Assembly: GCA_963675745.2 (NCBI GenBank)
Contig: CAXXWX010000012.1
Span: 1 to 64,000 of the forward strand
Reading direction: 5' to 3'
DNA length: 64,000 nucleotides
Origin: Phycisphaerae bacterium
GTDB taxonomy: Bacteria > Planctomycetota > Phycisphaerae > UBA1845 > Fen-1342
Part shown: positions 52,188 through 62,560 of the stretch, one piece after another
Numbering within the stretch: position 1 is the first letter of the stretch
How the letters are laid out: each line of letters opens with the position of its first letter
Translations under genes and position numbers: made by a program
Notes under the pieces: generated by a model
The model's database searches: none
Told to the model about the DNA's origin: nothing
What the model saw: the letters and a program-made list of their open reading frames with translations, nothing else

Positions 52188-53042
52188 ATGTCACCGTCGT
52201 TCGTAAAAGTGTGGGTGCCTGCCGCTCTAGCCGCAGGTTGTATTCTCTTCGCCGGCTGTTCGATTCCGAGGCCGTGGCCGGAAAGCCCGCTATATGAAAC
52301 GCCGACTAACGACCCGAACTGGGTGGCGCCCGCGAACAAACAGGAAGCCATGGAGGCCATGGCGGGGCACTATGCCCACTACGACATCGTCGCGTACGAC
52401 GGCGAGACGGCCAACGGCCCGCTCGCCACGTTTATCGTCTCGTATGGCTTTACCGACCTGGTCATCGAAGACGAAGAGCTGGTTGCGTACGATAGCTTCT
52501 GCCGTGCCGAATACATCGCCAACCAGAACTTCGACACGATCTTCTCCGATGCCGCCACACAGGCCATTCAGCCGGTTGGTGCGATCGTCGACGTTTATGA
52601 GGAAGATGGGGCGTGGAAGCTATGGCGGCCGCCGACACCGACGCTCAACGGTATTGCCGGTGACCCGAATGTGCCGCTGTCGATGGATCGCAACGACCCC
52701 CTGATCAGCGACGACGATAACGATGGAAAGCCCGGCGTGACCGTCGTCGTGAAGCTGTTCGGGTTCATTGAGGGGGAGATCTATATCGCCCGGCGCGAGA
52801 TATTCCAGAACGCCATGACGCTCTATTCCGATGGCAGCCTGCGGGGCAGCGTCATCGACGACTCGGAGCAGCTCGTGATCGGGGCGTCGCTCGCGATTCT
52901 GGACACACCCAACAACCCGCCGCAGCGGCGCGATCCCGGCCTGAATCCGATCATTCTGATACCGGTCGCGGATGACATTGACACGTGCGAAGAACTCATG
53001 GCGCTTCGAGATTTGCTGTTTCCCGCTGAGCCGGGATTCTGA
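52188..53042 (+). CDS. Hypothetical lipoprotein
   Basis: GGAG RBS; LFAGC lipobox; Ca-binding-like DDDNDGKPGVT. Confidence 0.7.
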   Translation: MSPSFVKVWVPAALAAGCILFAGCSIPRPWPESPLYETPTNDPNWVAPANKQEAMEAMAGHYAHYDIVAYDGETANGPLATFIVSYGFTDLVIEDEELVAYDSFCRAEYIANQNFDTIFSDAATQAIQPVGAIVDVYEEDGAWKLWRPPTPTLNGIAGDPNVPLSMDRNDPLISDDDNDGKPGVTVVVKLFGFIEGEIYIARREIFQNAMTLYSDGSLRGSVIDDSEQLVIGASLAILDTPNNPPQRRDPGLNPIILIPVADDIDTCEELMALRDLLFPAEPGF

Positions 53043-53203
53043 GAGGAATTACCTGGCCATCCGTTAGAGTCGGCCGACTGCTGGGGCGCTTCGCGGTTGA
53101 GCGCGGCGACCGATGTCCGAGTTAGCGGTGCCTCGGAGTTTGGGGGTCGGCTTGCCTGAACGTCCGAATCGGGGGTCGGACGCTACGGCAAACGTGATTT
53201 GCG

Positions 53204-54133
53204 CTAGGGCAGCGCCTGCCCGCGCGCGGCGAGGTAGATTCGATACCACGCCTCGCGCGACAGCTTGACTTCATCCGCCGCAATTGCGTCCCGGATTCGA
53301 TCGGGGTTGCGGCTCCCGACGATCGGCAGGATCCCGGAGGGGTGGTGCAGCAGCCACGCCAGCACGATCGATGTTCGGCTGACGCCGTAGCGCTGGGCCT
53401 CGGCGTCGAGCGCGTTGAGCAAGCGTGCCGGCGCATCGCTGTTGGGTGAGGGCGGGTCGCCCAGGCGGCCGCCGGCGACGGGGCTCCACGACGTCGGCGT
53501 GATGCCATGCTCGTGAAGGTGATCCAGTGTTCCGTCCTCGAAAGGGCTCAGCCGCAGCGGATGCGCTTCGATCTGGTTGCAGATCAGCGGTTCGCGCAGG
53601 CGCGACTGTAGCAACGATGTCTGGCTGGGCGTGAAGTTGCTGACACCGAAATGCCGCACCTTGCCTCGCTGCTTGAGACGATCGAACGCCGCCGCGACCT
53701 CGTCGGGGTCGCTTAGCAGGTCTGGCCGGTGAAGCAGGTAGACATCAATCGTGCCGATACCCAGTCGCTTGAGCGACTCCTCACACGACCATTCGATGTG
53801 GGCGGCGGAGAAGTCGAACCGATGCGGGGCGTCCGCGTCGGGCTCGCCCGCCCAGCGTATGCCGACTTTCGTCGTGATGATGATCCGTTCGCGCAGGCCC
53901 GCGTTGGCTTTCAGGAACTCGCCGAAGATCCGCTCACATTCTCCATGGGCGTAGATATCCGCGTGGTCGAAGTGGTTGTAACCGGCCTCGACGGCCGCTT
54001 CGAGTGCGGCGAAAGCTTCCTTGCGGCGCGGTTCGTCAATCTCGGCCGGGTCCCAGGTGCCGGGGATGCGCATGCAGCCGTAAATCAGGCGTGTGGATTG
54101 CAAGCCGCTCTGTCCGAGTTGAACGTGTCTCAT
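53204..54133 (-). CDS. Aldo/keto reductase (YdhF-like)
   Basis: YGCMR, FDHADIY, TKVGI, SLKRL..IDVYLLHRPD, GKVRHFGVSNF, WSPVAGG. Confidence 0.93.
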   Translation of the reverse strand: MRHVQLGQSGLQSTRLIYGCMRIPGTWDPAEIDEPRRKEAFAALEAAVEAGYNHFDHADIYAHGECERIFGEFLKANAGLRERIIITTKVGIRWAGEPDADAPHRFDFSAAHIEWSCEESLKRLGIGTIDVYLLHRPDLLSDPDEVAAAFDRLKQRGKVRHFGVSNFTPSQTSLLQSRLREPLICNQIEAHPLRLSPFEDGTLDHLHEHGITPTSWSPVAGGRLGDPPSPNSDAPARLLNALDAEAQRYGVSRTSIVLAWLLHHPSGILPIVGSRNPDRIRDAIAADEVKLSREAWYRIYLAARGQALP

Positions 54134-54264
54134 GGTCGCTCCAGCGCTTGAGGATTACCTGACACGACGATAGCGAGCGCGCAGGCCTGCGTCGAGACAG
54201 GAGTGACTCGAATCCGGGACGAGCACACTCACAATCCGTATCCCGCGATTCGCCGTCGTGCCGC

Positions 54265-55584
54265 TTAATCCACGCCGCGCACGAGGCGCACGTAGTTGAA
54301 CACGCGTTGCACGTCGCCCTGCGGTCCAAAGCCCAAGGCTGGCAACTCCGCCGCATCTCCATCTTTGGCGTCGCTGCGCTGGCAGCCGGCGCCGTGTACA
54401 TCGGTGATGGTAGTGCCGTCGTACGCTCCCAGGCCGCGCCCGAAAGCGACGTAGACGGCACGACTACCGCTGCCATTCCAACTCAGATGGGTCGTGCTGG
54501 TCCAGAAGAACGGGTAGTCGGGTTCGCCGGCCAGGTTGGTGATCGCGGTCGTGTCAAAAACCGCATCGATAGCCGGTGAGGCGGTTGTGTCCGGCGACCG
54601 TGTATAGTCCACGATGCTCTGGAGCTCCTTGGCGTTGGGCAGACGCCAGTCGTTGTATCCGAGGTGGTCCTCCGCATTCCGCTGACCGACCCACGCCAGG
54701 GCGTCTGCCCAGTTCATGCCCGCGCCGCTGTCGGATTGGGTCCACATCAATCCGGAGGCCTCGTCTGTGACCGTGCCGTCACCGTTGTCCACGAAGCGGT
54801 TCTCGCTATAGCCCGTGTCCCCGCGCACGCACATCACGCAGAACGTCTTGTCCCGTCCGAAAATCGTCAGGCCATAGCCCTTGATGCGACCGTCCGCGAA
54901 ATTGACGCCGAAGAGTAGTTGGCCGGCTGCGGTCGAAACGTACATCGTACTGGAGGCGTATTGGGCGTCGATGATCCGCTCACCGGCGGCGGTATCGCCG
55001 TACGCAAAACCGAAGTAGTTGTTATCGATGAAGGGGATCATGCCGGCTGTATCCGCTCCATCCGGCGGTGGGTCGGTGCCGCGGAAGTCGATCAGCGAAT
55101 ACAGCTCCTTGATGCTCGGCAGCCGCCAGTCGTTGTACCCGCCGAAACTCTCCTCGTTGAGAACCGCGGGATAGAGCTGAGCCTCGGCCCACGTGAGCTT
55201 GTCGTCAGTGTCGATGTCGCCGTCACCATCCCTGTCCGGGCTTTGTTGCCAGGTCAGACCGGTGATACCGTCGTAAACCGTCAGCCCGTCGGCGCTGAGT
55301 GTGTAGCTGGGCTGCGCGCCGGCGTACTGGGCGTCCTGACCGTGGAAGGCCTCGCCTTCGGCCGGGCAGGTAATCTCCACGAAGTCGCCGTAACACACGT
55401 CCTGGCCGGTATCGACGACCGTCCAGTTTTCCATGGCGACCGAAGTCGTGTCGCCCCCGGTCGCCGAGCTGTCGTCGTCCAGCGTGGACGTTACCGCATC
55501 CAACGGACAGCCCGCCATCAACGCCGTCGCTGCGACAGCCGCCGCAACGAACCACGCGCTGCGTATCTCAGTTCTCCGCTTCAT
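54265..55584 (-). CDS. DUF1566 (Lcl-domain) lipoprotein
   Basis: LMAGC lipobox; VVDTGQ..CY, GQDAQY, TGLTWQQ, DWRLPSIKEL, DNGDGTVTD..SGLMW, DWRLPNAKELQSIVDY, NYVRLVR. Confidence 0.9.
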   Translation of the reverse strand: MKRRTEIRSAWFVAAAVAATALMAGCPLDAVTSTLDDDSSATGGDTTSVAMENWTVVDTGQDVCYGDFVEITCPAEGEAFHGQDAQYAGAQPSYTLSADGLTVYDGITGLTWQQSPDRDGDGDIDTDDKLTWAEAQLYPAVLNEESFGGYNDWRLPSIKELYSLIDFRGTDPPPDGADTAGMIPFIDNNYFGFAYGDTAAGERIIDAQYASSTMYVSTAAGQLLFGVNFADGRIKGYGLTIFGRDKTFCVMCVRGDTGYSENRFVDNGDGTVTDEASGLMWTQSDSGAGMNWADALAWVGQRNAEDHLGYNDWRLPNAKELQSIVDYTRSPDTTASPAIDAVFDTTAITNLAGEPDYPFFWTSTTHLSWNGSGSRAVYVAFGRGLGAYDGTTITDVHGAGCQRSDAKDGDAAELPALGFGPQGDVQRVFNYVRLVRGVD

Positions 55585-55616
55585 TGTCAGAATCTCCTGG
55601 CGCAGGGACGACAACA

Positions 55617-57704
55617 CTAGCTGCCCGACAGCAGTGCCACGAACGGATCGATGTCGCCGTTATTGACGTAGCCATCCCCGTTGCAATCGGCATTCATGAT
55701 CTCACAATCCGGGTGGGCGGCGGCGTAGCCGGCCGGGTCGCCAACCGCCAGCACGAACGCGTCGATGTCACCGTTGTTAACCGCGCCGTCGCAGTTCAGG
55801 TCGCCTACGCCGTACAACTCGGCGTCACGGACGAGGCGGACGTAGTTGTACATGCGGGACGCGTCACCCTGGGGCGCATCGCCGAAGTAGTAGCCATCGT
55901 ACACGAAGGTGTAGCCGGTAAAGCTGCCATCCTTCCGGTCGCTGCGCTGGCATCCGGCGCCATGCACATCCTGCCACTGGCTGTTCCAATAGCCCATGCC
56001 GCGGCCGAAGCAGACGTACGCGCCCGCTTCCGCAGCGCCACCCTCGTGGGTGTGCGTGGTACCGGTCCAGAACCAGGGGTAATCAACGGCACCGGACTCA
56101 TTTGTGATCTGGGAGATGTTTAATACCGGGTCGATGGCCGCAGAGCCGGTCGCGCCCGGCGCCCGCGAGTAGTCGACAATGCTCTGCATCTCCTTGGCAT
56201 TGGGCAGCCGCCAGTCTGAATAACCGAGGTGGCCCTCCGTGTTCTTCTGCTGGACCCAGGCGAGGGCGTCTTCCCAGATCATGCCGGAGCGCGGTCCGGT
56301 GTTGATCCCGTCGCCGCTGTCGTCCTGCGACCACACCAGGCCGGTGGCCAGGTCGGTGATCGTCCCGTCGCCGTTGTCCGCGAAGTTGTTGATGCCGTAC
56401 TCGGTGTTCCCGCGACACAGGCGAACGTAGAACAGCTTATCGACGGGGTACCCTTTGATCCGCCCATCTGCGAAGTTCACACCGAACATCGCCTGTTGGC
56501 CGCCCATCACGGTGTCGAGAGACAGCGTTGTGGTTACCCACTGTGAGTCGATGATGCGCTCGCCGGCGGCTGTGTCGCCGTAGCCGAACTCGAAGCAATC
56601 AGTGTCGATGAACGGGATCAGGCCGTTGGGGTCGGTGCCTGCGACTGAGGGGTCCGTGCCGCGGAAGTCCATCAGCGAATACAGCTCCTTAATACTCGGT
56701 ACGCGCCAGTCGCTGTAGCCGCCGTAGTTCTGCGCGTTCAGCGTGTCCGGGACGAGCTGACCTTCATCAAACGTCACTTTGTCATCGACGTCGATGTCGC
56801 CATCGCCATCCAGGTCGGCGTCCCGCATCCACGTCAGGCCGGTGACGTTGTCATAAACGGTCAGGCCGTCGCCGCTGATGGCGTAGCTGGGCTGGTGGCC
56901 GTCGATCTGGGCATCCTGACCGTAGAACGGGTCGCCGAAGGCGGGCGGCGTGATCGCGGAATCGTTGTCATAGCAGGTCATCTGGGCGGTATCGACGACC
57001 GTGTAGGCCCCGGTGGGCAACTCCGCAACCGTTAACACGGCGTCGTCCGACGTGGCCAAACCAAAGTCGTTGGTGATCACACAGCGGTAACTTCCCGCGT
57101 CGCCCCAGTCCACCGGATTGATCGTGTGGGACGACTCGGTCGCGCCGCCAATATCGACGGTGTCTTTCTGCCACTGGTATTCCAGCGGCTCGGTCCCATA
57201 CGCCACCACCGTGAAAGTCACGGCGCTGCCCGGCGGCGCGGTCTGCGACTGGGGCTGCTGCGTGATCATCGGCGGCACATCCCCGCCCGCGATCACCGTG
57301 AATCCGCCGGTCATCGAGAATGTGAGTGTTCCGCCTTCCGGCGGCGAGAACGTGATCGCAACATCCTTCGCTCCCGGCTGCTCTCCGGAAGGAATGTCGA
57401 AGACAGCCGTAATGACGTACTGCGTCGTGTGCGTCACGGAGCTGCCAATCAGGCTGCCGATCATCACGCTATCCGGCATGACTCCCGCGGGCGGTGCTGG
57501 TGGCGAATCCGTGTCCAGCGTGAAGGTCACGAGCAACGCCGTCGTACCCTGTGCGGCGGAGTTGGGGTCAACCGCCGTAGTCTCATTGGTGGCCTGCGCG
57601 GAGGCCGATGCAGCCGCCAGTTCAAGAACGAGTAGCAGGGCGACGGCCCCGTGCCGTCGTTCGGATTGCCGTCCCCGGTGAGAGTCCCTCTGAGTACGTT
57701 TCAT
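55617..57704 (-). CDS. Secreted Ig-domain, DUF1566 and dockerin-like protein
   Basis: ITQQPQSQT...YQWQK...DAGSYRCVITN (Ig); two Lcl units; GDLNCDGAVNNGDIDAF...ADCNGDG..NNGDIDPFV. Confidence 0.9.
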   Translation of the reverse strand: MKRTQRDSHRGRQSERRHGAVALLLVLELAAASASAQATNETTAVDPNSAAQGTTALLVTFTLDTDSPPAPPAGVMPDSVMIGSLIGSSVTHTTQYVITAVFDIPSGEQPGAKDVAITFSPPEGGTLTFSMTGGFTVIAGGDVPPMITQQPQSQTAPPGSAVTFTVVAYGTEPLEYQWQKDTVDIGGATESSHTINPVDWGDAGSYRCVITNDFGLATSDDAVLTVAELPTGAYTVVDTAQMTCYDNDSAITPPAFGDPFYGQDAQIDGHQPSYAISGDGLTVYDNVTGLTWMRDADLDGDGDIDVDDKVTFDEGQLVPDTLNAQNYGGYSDWRVPSIKELYSLMDFRGTDPSVAGTDPNGLIPFIDTDCFEFGYGDTAAGERIIDSQWVTTTLSLDTVMGGQQAMFGVNFADGRIKGYPVDKLFYVRLCRGNTEYGINNFADNGDGTITDLATGLVWSQDDSGDGINTGPRSGMIWEDALAWVQQKNTEGHLGYSDWRLPNAKEMQSIVDYSRAPGATGSAAIDPVLNISQITNESGAVDYPWFWTGTTHTHEGGAAEAGAYVCFGRGMGYWNSQWQDVHGAGCQRSDRKDGSFTGYTFVYDGYYFGDAPQGDASRMYNYVRLVRDAELYGVGDLNCDGAVNNGDIDAFVLAVGDPAGYAAAHPDCEIMNADCNGDGYVNNGDIDPFVALLSGS

Positions 57705-58068
57705 GAGTCTTCTCCCTCGATTCTCGTTTCGTTTGTGTGCCCAGTGTGTAACGGCCTGCGCCTACCAGGCCGGCGGTGCGGGATGCGTCATTGCGTCACC
57801 CACGGTCCATGGAATCGCTATCACGCGAAACGGACACGGAGGTTGATAATCTACACCGCGTCGTGCAATCTTCGGCCATCCTTGCCGTTTTCCAGGATTG
57901 ACGGCGGCCGACCGCGCATGCCCGGCCATACGTAAAGTGCCGGCCGGCGGGGGGTTGCGAATTACAGCGCGCGCGTGGCGGGCGATGGTTCGCTGTGGAT
58001 AATGGGTGTTTGATCACCTGCGTGGTGGAAAAGTGCGCTGAAGATCCGTTTACACCCGTGGAGCCGGT

Positions 58069-58719
58069 ATGGCTGACAAGACGGAGGAGTCGGGCGAGCT
58101 GCTCGCGCGGCTAGGCCAGGGCGACGAAGAGGCGCTCGCCGAGCTTTTCTCACAGCATCGTGACCGGCTGCTGCGAATGGTGGAGTTTCGGCTGGATGCG
58201 CGGCTACGGGGTCGCGTGGCGGCCGATGACGTTCTCCAGGAGGCTTACCTCGACGCTGCCAAGCGCAAGCAATACTTTGTCGACGACAACTCGAAGTCAT
58301 TTTTCATCTGGCTGCGCATGGTGGTGACGCAGACGCTGATCGACGTCCACCGCCGGCACCTGGGCGCCCAGATGCGTGACGCGGGCCGCGAGGCCGCCAG
58401 ACGTGGGGGGCGCTACTCGCAGACGACATCGGTTTCCCTGGCGGCCAACCTCCTGGGGACAGTAACCTCGCCGACGCTGGCGGTCCGTCGCGCCGAGCTG
58501 GCCGAACGCCTCCAGGCGACGTTGGACGAGATGGAGCCGATCGATCGCGAGGTGCTGGCGTTGCGGCACTTCGAGGAGTTGACCAATCGTGAAGTCGCCG
58601 AGGAGTTGGGCATCCAGCAAAAGGCCGCGAGCATCCGCTACATCCGCGCACTGCGACGCCTAAAGGACATCCTCGCCGAGATGCCTCGTTTTGCGGATGC
58701 CTTCGGCGACGGCGTTTGA
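58069..58719 (+). CDS. ECF sigma factor, Ser/Thr-kinase-associated planctomycete type
   Basis: GDEEALAELF..HRDRL, RVAADDVLQE, FFIWLR, DREVLALRHFEELTNREVA...RYIRALRRL. Confidence 0.92.
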   Translation: MADKTEESGELLARLGQGDEEALAELFSQHRDRLLRMVEFRLDARLRGRVAADDVLQEAYLDAAKRKQYFVDDNSKSFFIWLRMVVTQTLIDVHRRHLGAQMRDAGREAARRGGRYSQTTSVSLAANLLGTVTSPTLAVRRAELAERLQATLDEMEPIDREVLALRHFEELTNREVAEELGIQQKAASIRYIRALRRLKDILAEMPRFADAFGDGV

Positions 58720-58749
58720 ACCAGGCCACCACCCGGCAGGATTCTGACC

Positions 58750-61700
58750 ATGGACGATCCGAACGCGCAGCGCGAGCCCTTTGAGCTGCTCGCCGACGAC
58801 TTCACAGCGCGCTGTCGGCGCGGCGAGCGCCCCTCGATCGATGAATACGCTCGGGAACACCCCGCGCTGGCGGGTGACATCCGCGAGCTGTTTCCCACCA
58901 TCGCCGCCATCGAGAACATGAAGAGTGCGGCGACGCGCTCCTCGAGCGGCGGCCCGGTCAGTGTCGAGCTGCAACTCGAGCGACTCGGCGACTTTCGCAT
59001 CATCCGAGAGCTGGGGCGCGGGGGCATGGGCATCGTGTACGAGGCGGAGCAGGAGTCGCTCGGGAGGCGTGTCGCGCTCAAGGTGCTGCCGCGACAGTTG
59101 CTGCTCGATCCGGGCCAACTGGAACGCTTTGAGCGCGAAGCGCGCACGGCCGCCAATCTGCACCACACGAATATCGTCCCCATCTTCGGTGTCGGCACAC
59201 ATGACGGATACCATTTCTTCGCGATGCAGTACATCCGCGGTGTCGGGCTGGACGTTGTCACGCGCGAGCTGCGCCGGCGGTTCAGCAGCGCCCGCGCGGA
59301 CGCAGACTCCACACCATCCCGGTCACCGTCCAGTGGGGCTGACGCGGCCTTCGACGCTCTCAGCATCGCGCGTGCGCTGGCACGCGATGCGTCGTGGGAT
59401 CGCCCGCACCCGGGCACCGAATCTCGCGTATCCACCGAATCCAGTGCGCCGACGAAGCGCCGGGCCGGCGGGAGCGCCGGACCCTCAGGCGACGAGTGCG
59501 GCGGCAGCGCGCCACGCGAATCCGAATCGGGCACCGATGCGCCGCCCGCGCTGTCCGTTGGTCCCGAGCATTGGCGCGGCATCGCACGCATCGCGTTACA
59601 GGTCGCCGACGCCTGCGAGTACGCGCACCGGCAGGGTACGCTGCACCGCGACATCAAACCGAGCAACCTGCTTATCGACGCCGACGGCATCGTGTGGGTG
59701 GCCGACTTCGGGCTGGCCAAGGCGCTTGACCAGGATGGCGTCACACAAACGGGCGGCGTGGTGGGCACCTTGCGCTACATGGCCCCGGAGCAGTTCAAGG
59801 GCAAATCCGACGTGCGCAGCGATGTCTACAGCCTGGGAATGACGCTCTACGAGTTGGCGACGTTGCGCTCGGCCTTTGCCGCGACTGATCGTACAACACT
59901 GATCGACGCGATTATGCACGGGCGACCCAAGGCACCCCGGCAAAGCTGCCCCGGCATCCCGCGGGATCTGGAAACGATCATTCTCAAGGCCATCGCGCGC
60001 GAGCCGGATGCGCGCTACGCCACGGCCGCCGCCCTCGCCGGCGATCTGCGGTGTTTTCTCGAAGACCGGCCGATCCAGGCTCGCCGCGCGACGGTGTCTG
60101 AACGGCTCTGGCGCTGGGCACGTCGCAATCCGGCGCTCGCCGCGCTCAGCGGCACGGCCGCAACCCTGCTGGTTGCCGTTGCGGCGGTGGCGACCATTGC
60201 GTACGTGTACACAAGTCGGGCGAATGTGCAGGTCCGCAATGCCCTCGATGGCGAGCAAGAGGAGCGCCAGAAGGCGGAAGCGACCTCGGCATTAGCCATC
60301 GAGGCGCTCGACACGATCTTTGACCAGTTCGCGCCGATCCGGACCACCGCGGTTTCATCGCTGACCGTGGACGGCGCCGGGGATACCAAGATCGATGTGC
60401 CGATCGAACTGGTTCTTTCGCAAGAGAGCGCGACGCTGCTGGAGCACATGCTTGAGTTCTATCGCCGGCTGGCGGCCCAGGATGACGCGAACCCGGCCCT
60501 CCGCCTGAAGATCGCCGAGGCCAATCGGCGTGTGGGCAATATTCACTCCCGCCTGGGACATCTGGACGACGCCGAGGCGGCGTACACGCAGGCCATACGG
60601 CTTTTCGAACAGCTTGAGGCCGATCGTGGCCCGACGCCGACCACGCGTGTCGAACTTGCCCGCATACACAGTCAGTTGGGGACCGCGCTCATAGCGCAAG
60701 AGCGCATTGAAGATGGTCGCGAGTATTTCCGGCAGGCGCGGGACATTCTGGAGGCGTTACCATCAACACCATCGCCATCGCCGGCGGTTCGTTTCGAGCT
60801 GGCGCGAACATACTACCTGCTTGCCAAGGCGCCGCGTCCGCCGATCCCGACCCCGCCGGGACGTGAGCCCGGCATGGGGCCGCCCCCGGATGGTGTGCCG
60901 CCGGCCGGCGAGCGTGGTCCCCCCGGGCGAGGTCACGGACGACCGGGCGGCCCACCGCCTCGACACGAGTTGCCTGATGAAGGAGGCGATTCCTGGGGCC
61001 GGGCGGTCGACATTCTGACCGACTTGAGCGCCGCGCATCCGGGCGTCCCGGACTATCGTCACCTGTTGGGTATCTGCTATCGCGACATGCCACCCCCCAT
61101 GCCATGGTTCATTGATGATCATCCTTCACCACCTGATGCCATGGCTCGGGCCATCGAGATCCTGCGGCAGTTGGTGCGTGATTTCCCCGACGTTCCGGAG
61201 TATCGCTATGACCTGAGCGAGACCTATGCCATGGCGATCGATCATACGCCGGGCATAGGACCCGAGGCACTGGCACTCGAGTCCCAGCGTCTGCGCGCCG
61301 CCCTGGACATCTCGGAGCGGCTCGTCGCCGAACATCCCAACATACCAGCGTACGTTGCCTCGCAGGTGCATATCCGCCTGAGGTTCGGGCGCGTCCTGCA
61401 CCGCCTGAATCGGCTCCGCGACGCCGAAGAGCAGTTGCGGGAGGCGCTGGCTATCCAGACGGGGCTCGCGCGGCGTTTCCCCGACATGCCCAGCCATCAG
61501 GTGTCCGTCGCCGCGATCGAAGGCGCGTTTGCCGGGTTTCTGCGCCGGGATGGGCGGTTGGACGAGGCCCGGTCGCATCTCGATGCGGCGCTCGCGGCAA
61601 TGGACCAACTGCCGGATGACTGGCAGCGCCCGCCCTACGTGCGCGATGTGCTCGCGGCGACCTACTTGGATCTCGCGCATGTGCTGCGACGCCTGGGGGA

Positions 61701-61758
61701 TGAAACCGCGGCGGCGGATGCAGCCCGTCAGGCGGAGCGTTATCGCACCGAGCGGTGA
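58750..61758 (+). CDS. Ser/Thr protein kinase with a TM segment and TPR-like repeats
   Basis: LGRGGMGIVY, VALKVL, HRDIKPSN, DFGLAK, GTLRYMAPEQ; TM after RRNP; helical repeats. Confidence 0.95.
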   Translation: MDDPNAQREPFELLADDFTARCRRGERPSIDEYAREHPALAGDIRELFPTIAAIENMKSAATRSSSGGPVSVELQLERLGDFRIIRELGRGGMGIVYEAEQESLGRRVALKVLPRQLLLDPGQLERFEREARTAANLHHTNIVPIFGVGTHDGYHFFAMQYIRGVGLDVVTRELRRRFSSARADADSTPSRSPSSGADAAFDALSIARALARDASWDRPHPGTESRVSTESSAPTKRRAGGSAGPSGDECGGSAPRESESGTDAPPALSVGPEHWRGIARIALQVADACEYAHRQGTLHRDIKPSNLLIDADGIVWVADFGLAKALDQDGVTQTGGVVGTLRYMAPEQFKGKSDVRSDVYSLGMTLYELATLRSAFAATDRTTLIDAIMHGRPKAPRQSCPGIPRDLETIILKAIAREPDARYATAAALAGDLRCFLEDRPIQARRATVSERLWRWARRNPALAALSGTAATLLVAVAAVATIAYVYTSRANVQVRNALDGEQEERQKAEATSALAIEALDTIFDQFAPIRTTAVSSLTVDGAGDTKIDVPIELVLSQESATLLEHMLEFYRRLAAQDDANPALRLKIAEANRRVGNIHSRLGHLDDAEAAYTQAIRLFEQLEADRGPTPTTRVELARIHSQLGTALIAQERIEDGREYFRQARDILEALPSTPSPSPAVRFELARTYYLLAKAPRPPIPTPPGREPGMGPPPDGVPPAGERGPPGRGHGRPGGPPPRHELPDEGGDSWGRAVDILTDLSAAHPGVPDYRHLLGICYRDMPPPMPWFIDDHPSPPDAMARAIEILRQLVRDFPDVPEYRYDLSETYAMAIDHTPGIGPEALALESQRLRAALDISERLVAEHPNIPAYVASQVHIRLRFGRVLHRLNRLRDAEEQLREALAIQTGLARRFPDMPSHQVSVAAIEGAFAGFLRRDGRLDEARSHLDAALAAMDQLPDDWQRPPYVRDVLAATYLDLAHVLRRLGDETAAADAARQAERYRTER

Positions 61759-61980
61759 GGCCGGACTCGTGCAGTTCATGCCGACCACTGTTTGCTCGGC
61801 TTCAAAGCGCGCCGGCATCGTCATTCATCCCGCGAACGCAAACCGCCGCGTTTCTCCGGACACTTGTGGATGCCCGTGTGCGTTGTGGTCTGCCGGAAAG
61901 CAAACGTGAGCGCGTCTTCCGCGTCGATAAGGGTAGAATGGTGGTTCAGTGACAAGTGCGGCCGAACGGGATTCTGACCT

Positions 61981-62556
61981 GTGGACACCACGCGCCCCAG
62001 CCTGCTGATTCGTATCCGGGACGGCACGGATCGTACGGCGTGGGATGAATTTGACTCGATCTACCGCCCACTGCTCCACCGGATTGCGTTGGCGCGCGGA
62101 CTCGATGCGGCCGCGGCCGAGGAAGCCACCCAGCAGTGCATGGCCGCCGTCAACCGCTACATCGGCGGGTTTGAATACGAGCCGAAAAGAGGCAAGTTCA
62201 AAGGCTGGCTGGCGACCATGGTCAACAACCGAATCAAGAACATGCTGCGTGACCGGCGCGATATTCAGGCCCAGACCAAGGACTTCGCCGAGCTGCATGA
62301 CCAGGGGCCGTCGCCCGCCGATGTTTTTGACAAGCTCTGGCGTCAGGAACACCTGCGGCACTGTCTCCGCCTGATCAAGGGCGAGGTCGATGAATCCACT
62401 TTCAAGGCATTTGTGGCCTACGTCATGGAGGAACAGCCCGTCGAGCGGGTCTGCGAGGAATTCAACATGACGCCGAACCAGGTTCACGCGATCAAGTCGC
62501 GCATGACTCGGCGAATCCGGCAGCGGATGACCGATCTTCTCGGCGACGAGGATTAG
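61981..62556 (+). CDS. ECF sigma factor, kinase-associated
   Basis: TTRPSLLIRIRD..D..AW..F..IYRPL, RGKFKGWL, VHAIKSR. Confidence 0.88.
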   Translation: MDTTRPSLLIRIRDGTDRTAWDEFDSIYRPLLHRIALARGLDAAAAEEATQQCMAAVNRYIGGFEYEPKRGKFKGWLATMVNNRIKNMLRDRRDIQAQTKDFAELHDQGPSPADVFDKLWRQEHLRHCLRLIKGEVDESTFKAFVAYVMEEQPVERVCEEFNMTPNQVHAIKSRMTRRIRQRMTDLLGDED

Positions 62557-62560
62557 CCCC

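Noticed and set aside
52180..52206. Fourth ECF promoter (AGATTCCA-N15-CGTA)
   Set aside because: Three mismatches to the motif, and it overlaps the RBS and start codon of the lipoprotein gene.
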